Translations under genes and position numbers: made by a program
Shown: one piece after another, positions 56,746 through 64,000 of the stretch
How positions within the stretch are numbered: position 1 is the stretch's first letter
Layout of the letters: the number at the start of each line of letters is the position of its first letter
NCBI GenBank assembly: GCA_963807065.1
Contig: CAWDZQ010000004.1
Span: forward strand, 450,249-514,248
DNA length: 64,000 nt
Direction of reading: 5' to 3'
Origin: an uncultured Chloroflexia bacterium
GTDB taxonomy: Bacteria > Chloroflexota > Anaerolineae > Anaerolineales > E44-bin32
The notes under the pieces: model-generated
Told to the model about the DNA's origin: nothing
What the model saw: the letters and a program-made list of their open reading frames with translations, nothing else
Database searches by the model: none

Positions 56746-57786
56746 ATGCACGAAACCATGCGAGCCATCGTCAAGCCCTCGCCCGGACCCGGTCTTGAAA
56801 TGGCCCGAGTGCCCATTCCATCGCCTGCGCCGGATGAGGTCCTTGTCAAGGTCCGGGCGGCATCAATCTGCGGAACCGATCTCCACATCTTCAACTGGGA
56901 CCCGTGGGCTGCGGGCCGGTTAAGGCCTCCATTGATTGTTGGTCATGAAGTTTGCGGGGAGGTCGTGGATCTCGGGACAAACGTCACTTCCCCGGGTATC
57001 GGTGAGTTCGTGTCCCTGGAATCCCATGTGATCTGCAACACGTGCTCGTACTGCCGGACGGGCCAGGGACACCTATGCGAAAACAGCCGGCTGATCGGTG
57101 TGGATCGCGATGGTGGTTTTGCGGAATACATCACCATCGCTTCCCAGAACGCCTGGCCCAATCCGCCCGACCTGCCTCTTGAAATCGCGGTGCTCCAGGA
57201 GAATTTTGGCAACGCGGTCCACACGGCCTTCGCGGCCGACTTGCGCGCCAAGAAGGTGCTCATCACCGGCTGCGGGCCCGTGGGGCTGATGACCCTGGCC
57301 GTCGCCCGGGCCATTGGCGCCCGCGCCATCTATGCCACCGATGTCAGCCGCTACCGGCTGGCATTTGCCGAGAAGATGGGGGCCGACCTGGCACTGCATG
57401 CCAAGGACGACCACGTGGTGGATCAGGTGATGCGGGCCACCGACGATGAGGGGATAGATGTGCTGTTGGAGATGTCCGGCGCACCCTCCGCCATCGATCA
57501 GGGATTCCAGGTGCTCAAGCCCGGTGGGGAGGCAATTCTCCTCGGCGTGGCCCCCGGCCCATTCGAGTTCGATTGGAGCCGGCACCTGGTTTTCAAAGCC
57601 GCCAGGGTGCACGGGATCTCCGGACGGCGGCTTTGGCAGACCTGGTATCAGGCGCGTGGCTTGATACGCTCGGGCGCGGTCGACCTCAGTCCGATGGTGA
57701 CTCATCATTATCGGTTTGACGAGTTCGAGCAGGCCTTTCAGCAGATGGCCTCGGGCGAGTCCGGCAAAGTCATGCTTACGCCGTAG
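56746..57786 (+). CDS. tdh: L-threonine 3-dehydrogenase (Zn-dependent MDR family)
   Basis: 346 aa with Zn ligand context ICGTDLHI and GHEVCGEV, structural-Zn CNTCSYCRTGQGHLC, and Rossmann GCGPVGL. Start is 56746 or 56758. Confidence 0.8.
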   Translation: MHETMRAIVKPSPGPGLEMARVPIPSPAPDEVLVKVRAASICGTDLHIFNWDPWAAGRLRPPLIVGHEVCGEVVDLGTNVTSPGIGEFVSLESHVICNTCSYCRTGQGHLCENSRLIGVDRDGGFAEYITIASQNAWPNPPDLPLEIAVLQENFGNAVHTAFAADLRAKKVLITGCGPVGLMTLAVARAIGARAIYATDVSRYRLAFAEKMGADLALHAKDDHVVDQVMRATDDEGIDVLLEMSGAPSAIDQGFQVLKPGGEAILLGVAPGPFEFDWSRHLVFKAARVHGISGRRLWQTWYQARGLIRSGAVDLSPMVTHHYRFDEFEQAFQQMASGESGKVMLTP

Positions 57787-57795
57787 GCGAAGAGG

Positions 57796-58608
57796 ATGAC
57801 CATTCGACAGTTCCCGGCCATCGTGCTGGTTTGCCCACAATCTACTTCTCTGGCTTGCACCACCATCCCTCGCTTTTTCGGCGGTGGACAACCTCCACCC
57901 GTGCTCCCCGGAACGGCTGAGCCCCAGCAGCCGGTGACACAGGCCGCTCTGGATCAGCCGACTGAGCCTCGGGAACCCGCCGTCTCGAGCGTTTCAACAC
58001 GCCCATGCCTTTCTATGCCACGTCGCCGGATCACGTTCGCTCGGTCCTCGGCCCGGCTAAGCCTCACGGCGTCGATTACTTCGACCAGCCGGGACCAGGT
58101 TCGACTACGACACGCCGGGGCGGACCAGTTATGCCTTCGATGACGGTCACCTGCTCGGTACCGATCACGAGCCGGAAGAGATCTACACCTGGAAATCCTA
58201 CTCCGAGCGCCAGTCGGGCCGCGTCTATGCTGAGATCAGCGCCGCCACTTGCGATTGCATTGCCGAGGATTCCGTGGGGGTCGTCATCTGACTTGATCAG
58301 GCCACGTCCGCTGGGATGGGATCGAGGTCTCTGGCGATGGGGAATGGCGCTTGGCGCGCTGCCGCCAGGGCAAGCAGGCCAAAGTGATGGCTGAATGCGC
58401 CGCAGCCGACGCGGTCAAGACTGGCGCCGGCGCCACCAACCGGCACGGTGTGTGGGCCCGCCAGAACCACTTCATCACCTTCCTCGACCGCAACAATGCC
58501 TCCACTTTTGGGACGTTCGCCTTCTACCTTTGCGCCAGCCAGACCTTCGATCCGACGGCTCAGTTCGATGATTTTGCCCTTTTGAACCTCACGTACGTCT
58601 GGCCATGA
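57796..58608 (+). pseudogene. Decayed first copy of a tandem lipoprotein/lectin-fold paralog family
   Basis: Paralog-like sequence must be read across three frames: signal plus Pro-rich linker, then FNTPMPFYATSPDH..DYFDQPG, then FDYDTPGRTSYAFDDGHLL..EEIYTWKSY..VYAEISAATCDC..VGVVI, then GIEVSGDGEWRLARC..FITFLDRNN..FDDFALLNL. That requires at least 3 frameshifts. Confidence 0.65.
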
Positions 58609-59480
58609 GTTCCGCCACTACGCTGCGTATGATGACGCTCACCCTGGCGGCCAGCCTGCTGGCGGCCTGTACTCGCACCGGGTTATCGAACGAATCACAG
58701 AACAGTTTTTTGGATTTGGCCGCTCAGACTCTGACTGCGGCGCCGACGATGATTCCCAGTGCTACACCTCCGCCGTCGGCCACGCTTCCCCCTACCGAAG
58801 CCCCGAGCGTCACTCCGTCACCCACTGAGACCGTCCCCCCGACGGCCGGTCCGAGCCCCACGCCCACGGCGCCGCCCCTGGCCCCCGATGACCCCCGTCA
58901 GGGACTAAACCTGGCCGCTCCGGATTTCACCGACGATTTCAGCCGGCACCTCGGCTGGTTCGAATTCGATGATCCCCACGCAACCGTCATCACGTGGTCT
59001 CCTGGAAAACTCACGGTGATTGATCCCGTGGTGGACGCCTACACCTGGTGGAGCACGTCGAGCGCTACGGCGGGTGATGTCTACGCCGAGGTGACCGTGC
59101 GGAACGAGTCCTGCTCCGGGCTGGATGCCTACGGGCTGGCCGCCCGCATCGGTGGGGAGAACTACGATCGTGGTTACACGCTCGAGCTGTCCTGCGACGG
59201 CCATTATCGAGTGCGAAAGTTCATCTCCGGCCGTTCCCCGGATATCCTGATCGACTGGACTTCGAGCCCGGCAATTAACCAAGCTGCCGATGTTCGAAAC
59301 CGACTCGGGTTCATGCTCAAAGGTCCGTCTTTGGTGGGCTTCGCCAACGGGGAACAGCTTGGTGACGTTCAGGATGGGGACTTCGTCTTCGGCAATTTCG
59401 GCCTGTTTGTCGTCGCCGATCAAACCGCCGGGCTGACCGCTGACTTCACGGACTTCGCACTTTGGCATTTTGCACCTTGA
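58605..59480 (+). CDS. Lipoprotein with Pro/Thr linker and concanavalin/LamG/DUF1080-like beta-sandwich domain (paralog 2)
   Basis: Signal plus lipobox MMTLTLAASLLAAC. PT-rich linker. C-terminus NRLGFMLKGPSLVGFANGEQL...GNFGLFVV...TADFTDFALWHF. ATGA overlap with paralog 1. Confidence 0.7.
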   Translation: MSSATTLRMMTLTLAASLLAACTRTGLSNESQNSFLDLAAQTLTAAPTMIPSATPPPSATLPPTEAPSVTPSPTETVPPTAGPSPTPTAPPLAPDDPRQGLNLAAPDFTDDFSRHLGWFEFDDPHATVITWSPGKLTVIDPVVDAYTWWSTSSATAGDVYAEVTVRNESCSGLDAYGLAARIGGENYDRGYTLELSCDGHYRVRKFISGRSPDILIDWTSSPAINQAADVRNRLGFMLKGPSLVGFANGEQLGDVQDGDFVFGNFGLFVVADQTAGLTADFTDFALWHFAP

Positions 59481-59568
59481 GTGCTATCCTCAAGCCGAAG
59501 TCCGGTCCCCGATATTGGGCGATCCTATCCACGGCGCGGTGACGTTGCATTTTCCAATCCCTGCATGG

Positions 59569-60405
59569 TTGGCCAAGTCGGGCCGCCGTATCACCTCGAG
59601 GAGCCTTTTCTTGCTGGCTGCTTCCTGGCTTGGCCTAGGCCCGCTAACCGCTGGCTGTTTGCCAGTCGCGCCTCCTGCCACACCCGTCCTACCTGCGGAC
59701 ACCGCCACGCCTACCCCCACGGTTCCCTTCCCGACTGCTCCACCGACGATTACCGAGACGCCTTCCCCGACACTGACCGCCACGCCGGACATTCGCCAAT
59801 CTTTCGGATCTCAGCTCTATGCCACGGATTTTGGCACAGCCCAAGGGTGGCAGGTCAGCCGAGATGCTTATGGCGTGACGAGCCTCGACGACGGGCAGCT
59901 TTCGGTGGTCGTCAATCAGCCGAACGCATTGCGAACTCTGCTCAGCCCCGTCGCTCCTGTGGCCGATTTTTACGCCGAGGCCAGCCTGCACACCGCCTTG
60001 TGTCAGAATGATGACGAATTCGGCATGGTCTTCCGGGTCAACCCGCTTGAGGAGCAATACCGTTTCACCCTCACCTGCGACGGTGGTGTCCGGCTGCGAC
60101 GGGTCCTGGTTGGGTCATCGCGAGCTGTGCTCCCTTTTGAATCGGTCAACCAGGCGGTGATGCCGCATGCGCCGGCGGACAACATTCTTGCCGTCCTGGC
60201 CCGCGGTCCGGATTTCGAACTGTTCGTCAACGGCGTGTCGGTCCTCCAGGCCCATGATGTGGCTTTGCCGGTTGGAAAGATCGGTCTCATTGCCTCTTCG
60301 GGAAAGGGTGGACAGACTACGATCACCTTCGATAGCTTCTCCGTCTGGAGTTTGCTCCCGAAGTCGCCTAGCCCGACGCCAACCATGGAGTCTGATGGTG
60401 GCTAA
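59569..60405 (+). CDS. Lipoprotein with Pro/Thr linker and concanavalin/LamG/DUF1080-like domain (paralog 3)
   Basis: TTG start gives (M)AKSGRRITSRSLFLLAASWLGLGPLTAGC (lipobox). C-terminus NILAVLARGPDFELFVNGVSV...GKIGLIAS...TITFDSFSVWSL. Start is uncertain (59470, 59539 or 59569). Confidence 0.65.
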   Translation: MAKSGRRITSRSLFLLAASWLGLGPLTAGCLPVAPPATPVLPADTATPTPTVPFPTAPPTITETPSPTLTATPDIRQSFGSQLYATDFGTAQGWQVSRDAYGVTSLDDGQLSVVVNQPNALRTLLSPVAPVADFYAEASLHTALCQNDDEFGMVFRVNPLEEQYRFTLTCDGGVRLRRVLVGSSRAVLPFESVNQAVMPHAPADNILAVLARGPDFELFVNGVSVLQAHDVALPVGKIGLIASSGKGGQTTITFDSFSVWSLLPKSPSPTPTMESDGG

Positions 60406-61234
60406 GAAGCGACCGTTCAAGAACAAGCTCAACGCGCTGACTCCGAAAGAGTGGCTCAAGTTCCAGAAATCATGGTTCATCCACAACCCGCCGCCGCGGA
60501 AGAAAGACGTCTTGCGCCACCCCGCCAAGTTTCCAGAAACTCTGGCCGAGACGTTTGTGACATTCTTCACAAAACCCGGTGGCGTGGTCCTAGACCCGAT
60601 GGCCGGCACCGGGTCCACACTGGTGGCTTGCCTTCGTTCCGGCCGCCACGCCTACGGCGTGGAGCTTAACCCGGCTTACGCCCATCTTGCCCGCCAGATC
60701 ATTCAGGAGGAACGTGCGGAACTCCAAGGGACGGCGGATGAGCTTCGGGCCGAACTCATCACAGGCGACTCAGCTCACCTGCCCGAGATGGACCTGCCCC
60801 CGATCGATTACGTGCTCACGTCGCCGCCTTACTGGAATATGCTCCGCGCTCGTGGCGCCCAGACACAGAAGGAACGCCGCGCCGACGACAGTCTGGACGT
60901 TTACTACTCCGACGACCCCGCCGACGTCGGCAATATTGACCGCTACACGCTGTTCTTGGACCGCCTGGTGGACATCTACGAGCAACTGCAGGCCGTGTTG
61001 AAGCCCAAGGCCTACATCACCATCATCGTCAAGAACGTCAAGAAGCGAGGCAAGATCTACCCCTTGGCCTGGGATCTCGCCGGCCGGCTCTCGGCTGTTT
61101 ACACACTCAAGGACGAGCGGATTTGGTGCCAGGACAACCTTCGATTGGCGCCTTACGGGATGGGCAACGCCTGGGTGAGCAACACGTTTCACCACTACTG
61201 CCTGCAGTTCAGATATGAGCCCGATTTCGAGTGA
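60395..61234 (+). CDS. N4/N6 DNA methyltransferase (PF01555-like sequence features, motif I before motif IV)
   Basis: Start MVAKKRPFKNKL overlaps the paralog 3 end by 11 nt. HPAKFPETL plus DPMAGTGST (motif I) precede DYVLTSPPYWN (motif IV) and LKPKAYITIIV. No endonuclease gene is adjacent. Confidence 0.75.
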   Translation: MVAKKRPFKNKLNALTPKEWLKFQKSWFIHNPPPRKKDVLRHPAKFPETLAETFVTFFTKPGGVVLDPMAGTGSTLVACLRSGRHAYGVELNPAYAHLARQIIQEERAELQGTADELRAELITGDSAHLPEMDLPPIDYVLTSPPYWNMLRARGAQTQKERRADDSLDVYYSDDPADVGNIDRYTLFLDRLVDIYEQLQAVLKPKAYITIIVKNVKKRGKIYPLAWDLAGRLSAVYTLKDERIWCQDNLRLAPYGMGNAWVSNTFHHYCLQFRYEPDFE

Positions 61235-61267
61235 CCCGACCTTTTGGATTCAAAGGACAAGCGCTAC

Positions 61268-61936
61268 ATGTACTTAGCCATTGAAGGCGTTATCGGCGTC
61301 GGTAAGACTTCTCTCGCCCGGTTGCTTCAGCCAGCCTTTGGAGCTGCGCTGCTTCTGGAAGCCTTCGATGAGAATCCGTTCCTGTCCGATTTCTACGGTG
61401 ATCGCAATCGCTACGCCTTCCAGACCCAGATTTTCTTCCTCCTCAGCCGCTATCGGCAGCAGAGGGAGACCGTGCCCGAAGCCCTTGCCGAGGGTGATCT
61501 GATCTCCGACTACACATTTGAGAAGGACGCCTTGTTCGCCGATCTCAACCTCAACGGGGACGAACTGTCGACCTACTCACTGGTTCACTCCGCCCTGGCT
61601 GAGCGCATCCCGGATCCCGACCTGACGGTCTACCTCCGCGCCGACACTGACACTGCCATGCAGCGGATCGCCATGCGCGACCGAACCTACGAGCGCAACA
61701 TGAGTCGGGACTACATTGATGATCTGAACCGAGCCTACGAAGCCCGGTGGGGCAATGCGTCTCGAAGCGGCATCCTGGTCGTCGACGCCGGCAACCTCGA
61801 CTTCGTGGCCAACCACGGTCACCTCGAGCTTATCGTCCATCGCATCCGCGCAGCCTTGGGTATCCCCCCCTTTCAAACAACACTTCCTTTTGGCCCCGAT
61901 GCGCCGACCGAAGCCGGACAGGAGACGAATACATGA
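61268..61936 (+). CDS. Deoxynucleoside kinase (dAK/dGK/dCK family), copy 1
   Basis: P-loop IEGVIGVGKTSL, with ERNPFL-like ENPFLSDFY and DRTYER motifs. Alternative TTG start at 61244. Confidence 0.8.
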   Translation: MYLAIEGVIGVGKTSLARLLQPAFGAALLLEAFDENPFLSDFYGDRNRYAFQTQIFFLLSRYRQQRETVPEALAEGDLISDYTFEKDALFADLNLNGDELSTYSLVHSALAERIPDPDLTVYLRADTDTAMQRIAMRDRTYERNMSRDYIDDLNRAYEARWGNASRSGILVVDAGNLDFVANHGHLELIVHRIRAALGIPPFQTTLPFGPDAPTEAGQETNT

Positions 61937-62597
61937 AGCGCTTTGTGGCGGTGGCAGGCAATATTGGCGTGGGCAAATCGACTCTCGTGGAACGCCTGGC
62001 GGAGAGGCTCGGATGGGAGCCGTTCTATGAACCAGTAGGCGACAACCCCTATCTGGCCGACTTCTACGACGACATGCAAACCTGGGGCTTTCACTCTCAG
62101 ATCTTCTTCCTCACCCGCCGCCTGCGGATGCACCGAATGCTCACCGAAAACCCCACCTCGGCGATCCAGGACCGCACGGTCTACGAAGACGCCGAGGTCT
62201 TCGCTTACAATCTGTCGCTGCAAGGGAACATCTCAGATCGCGATTTCGAAACCTATCGGGAGCTGTACCAGGTGCTGACCAGCTTTTTGCCCGCCCCGGA
62301 TTTGGTGGTCTACTTGAAGGCTGAGGTGGACACGCTCCAGGATCGCATCGCTACGAGGGGCGCGACTACGAGCGTGCCATTCCCAAGGGCTACCTGCGGC
62401 GCCTCAACGAACTCTACAATGCCTGGATCGATCGCTTTACTCTGTGCCCGGTGCTGACCGTGCCTGCCGATGATCTCAACTACGCCACCAATCAAACCCA
62501 CCTGGCGTTGATCGTCGAGAAGATCAACGACAAGCTGGCGGGGAAAGATGAAGTTGTGTTCGGTGCCGATGAGGTCGCCCGGGTCAATGGCGGTTAG
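61933..62597 (+). pseudogene. Deoxynucleoside kinase, copy 2, with a -1 frameshift in a G-run
   Basis: MKRFVAVAGNIGVGKSTL...LQDRIATRG, then the frame breaks at GGGG 62357-62360. The +1 frame continues (R)DYERAIPKGYLRRLNELYNAWIDRF...VARVNGG to the TAG at 62595-62597. ATGA overlap with copy 1. Confidence 0.75.
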
Positions 62598-62666
62598 ACA
62601 CGCCGCTTCCAGCTTGCCTCGCCTATACCTATCCTGTACAATGGTTCTGCTTAACGGAGGACTTGC

Positions 62667-62969
62667 TTGGCCAGCACATTAGAAGCGCCCACCGAGGGAG
62701 AGGGCCGGGTGAACATCATCAAGGTCTCCGCTGAATCCCGCACCTCAGCCGTCGCGGGCGCCATCGCTGGCGTCGTGCGCGAAGCCAACCGTGCCGAAGT
62801 TCAGGCGATCGGCGCCGGAGCGGTTAATCAGGCCGTCAAAGCCGTCGCCATCGCGCGCGGCTACTTGCATGAAGACGGACTCAATATCGTATGTGTGCCG
62901 GAATTTACAACCGTCGACATTGACGGCAAGGAGCGAACGGCCATCCGCCTGGTGGTAGAACCTCGGTAG
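62667..62969 (+). CDS. spoVS: SpoVS-family protein
   Basis: TTG start with GGAGG 6 nt upstream. IKVSAESRTSAVAGAIAGVVRE...EVQAIGAGAVNQAVKAVAIARGY...ERTAIRLVVEPR matches the SpoVS family. Confidence 0.85.
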   Translation: MASTLEAPTEGEGRVNIIKVSAESRTSAVAGAIAGVVREANRAEVQAIGAGAVNQAVKAVAIARGYLHEDGLNIVCVPEFTTVDIDGKERTAIRLVVEPR

Positions 62970-62996
62970 CCGATTACCGCTTGACATAGACCGCCC

Positions 62997-63024
62997 AGCC
63001 GCCTGATCCAGGCGGCTCTTTTTT
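62997..63024 (+). terminator. Rho-independent terminator after spoVS
   Basis: AGCCGCCTG-ATC-CAGGCGGCT followed by CTTTTTT. The T-run overlaps the convergent holB stop codon. Confidence 0.85.
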
Positions 63025-64000
63025 ACGCCAGCTGAACCATCGGGAGGGCAAGCATCACCGTCTCCAGAGTCAGCAAGGGGTTGGCGTTGGCCGCAATACG
63101 CCCCATCGCATCCTCGATCTCCCGCAGCAGAACCACGATCTGGTCTGCATCGACCCTGGCAGCGACCTTTTCGATATCCAGTTGAAGCTCAACGTGGGTC
63201 ATCCGGCCCTCCACGCCATGCACCTGGTGCATCACGTCTCGCCACAAGCTCAGCCAGGCCTCCAGGACCTGCATGCTGGCCCTGCGGTTATCGGCCGGTT
63301 CCTTGTTCTGGTTGATATCTGCGGCGTATTCGAAACGGCCAGCCCGGTTCAACTCAAGAAGCCTCAGCCCGTCTTCAACCAGCAATGAACGGCGACGAAC
63401 CTCTTCGGGCTCCGCCGATAGCCGGAGGGCCAGGCCTGGCCGACCCATCGCCTGACTTGCCAGACTCCGAGCCCGGTCCGCCGGTTCGCCTCGCGTTTCA
63501 AGCGCCTGTGCCAATTCAGCCACGGCCATTGGCCGCAGGGGGATTACTTCGCAGCGGGAGACGATCGTCGGGGGCAGCGACTCTTCGGAGACCGCTGTCA
63601 GCAGCAGGACAACGCTGGGTGGGGGTTCTTCGAGCGTCTTGAGCAATGCATTCGCCGCTTCTGTCGTCGCCCCTTCAAAATCGGGCAACACCGCCACGCG
63701 TCGGCCAGCCTGGTATGGTGAAAGCGACAGCTCGTGTTGGAGGCCTCGAACATCATCGATTTTGAGACCCCCGTCCCCCGTCAACCAACGTAGGTCAGGG
63801 TGCGCACCCTTGGAGGTCAGGGCGCATGCCCCACACTTGCCACACGGTCTGTCGACATCGACTTCGCCTGCGCACAACAACGCGCGTGCAAACCAACCCG
63901 CGACGGCTCCCCGACCCACACCTTCCGGACCTGTCATCAGATAGGCATGCCGTGTCGTCCCCGACCGCAGGTGCCGGCGGAGCACATCGATCGCCCACTG
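63023..64000 (-). CDS. holB: DNA polymerase III subunit delta' (5' end outside window)
   Basis: AAA+ clamp-loader features HAYLMTGPEGVGRGA, a Zn module CGKCGAC and a SRC motif (TIVSRCEV). The reading frame stays open to base 64000. Confidence 0.8.
   Translation of the reverse strand, partial: QWAIDVLRRHLRSGTTRHAYLMTGPEGVGRGAVAGWFARALLCAGEVDVDRPCGKCGACALTSKGAHPDLRWLTGDGGLKIDDVRGLQHELSLSPYQAGRRVAVLPDFEGATTEAANALLKTLEEPPPSVVLLLTAVSEESLPPTIVSRCEVIPLRPMAVAELAQALETRGEPADRARSLASQAMGRPGLALRLSAEPEEVRRRSLLVEDGLRLLELNRAGRFEYAADINQNKEPADNRRASMQVLEAWLSLWRDVMHQVHGVEGRMTHVELQLDIEKVAARVDADQIVVLLREIEDAMGRIAANANPLLTLETVMLALPMVQLA

Noticed and set aside
60395-61234. The methyltransferase as part of a restriction-modification or other defence system.
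   Set aside because: No endonuclease, specificity, helicase or ATPase partner is on either side. The neighbours are lipoproteins and nucleoside kinases. It is treated as an orphan methylase.

Overview
GC-rich bacterial chromosomal segment packed with housekeeping genes on both strands. Left to right:

- an ABC importer (3' part)
- ubiE/menG, a NUDIX hydrolase and a SAM methyltransferase
- a minus-strand block of 2-oxoacid dehydrogenase genes (E1a, E1b, E2, E3) plus citrate synthase
- an HdrD/GlpC-like membrane Fe-S protein
- cell-envelope genes: an SLH-like secreted protein and an L,D-transpeptidase
- tRNA-Val, a T-box leader and thrS
- patatin, DsbA, an a/b-hydrolase, and an ECF sigma factor coupled to an Ogt-like gene
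- an ArsR/SRPBCC locus with decayed neighbours
- P5C dehydrogenase, sthA, a CPBP protease and gap
- a putative SOS-box-controlled membrane protein plus lytic transglycosylase
- a two-component system
- the conserved rpmG / tRNA-Trp / secE / nusG / rplKAJL cluster, and tRNA-Thr/Tyr/Thr followed by tuf
- rlmB, cysS and a yacL-like PIN/TRAM gene
- an HtrA-like protease, surE, a Ser/Thr kinase and a PBP1A-like protein
- lipB with a second patatin, an aldo/keto reductase and tdh
- three tandem lipoprotein paralogs, a DNA methyltransferase, two deoxynucleoside kinases, spoVS and holB (partial)

The T-box, SpoVS, SLH-like repeats and several leaderless-type promoters suggest a Chloroflexota-like or other monoderm-type lineage. 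That is inference only.

I found no CRISPR array, transposase, integrase, prophage or recognisable defence island.

The most noteworthy observations are:

1. a recurrent AT-rich palindrome, TTTGTGA-N6-TCACAAA, in five intergenic spacers
2. an ECF sigma gene abutting an Ogt/MGMT-domain gene
3. Cheo-box-like operators on the promoter of a membrane-protein / lytic-transglycosylase pair
4. a class-A-PBP homolog whose catalytic motifs in both domains appear lost
5. a motif-permuted orphan DNA methyltransferase embedded between lipoprotein paralogs and two deoxynucleoside kinases
6. an unusually high number of genes broken by single-base indels or in-frame TAG codons, which may be real decay or assembly error

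All calls were made by eye from the sequence and the ORF track. No database search was run.
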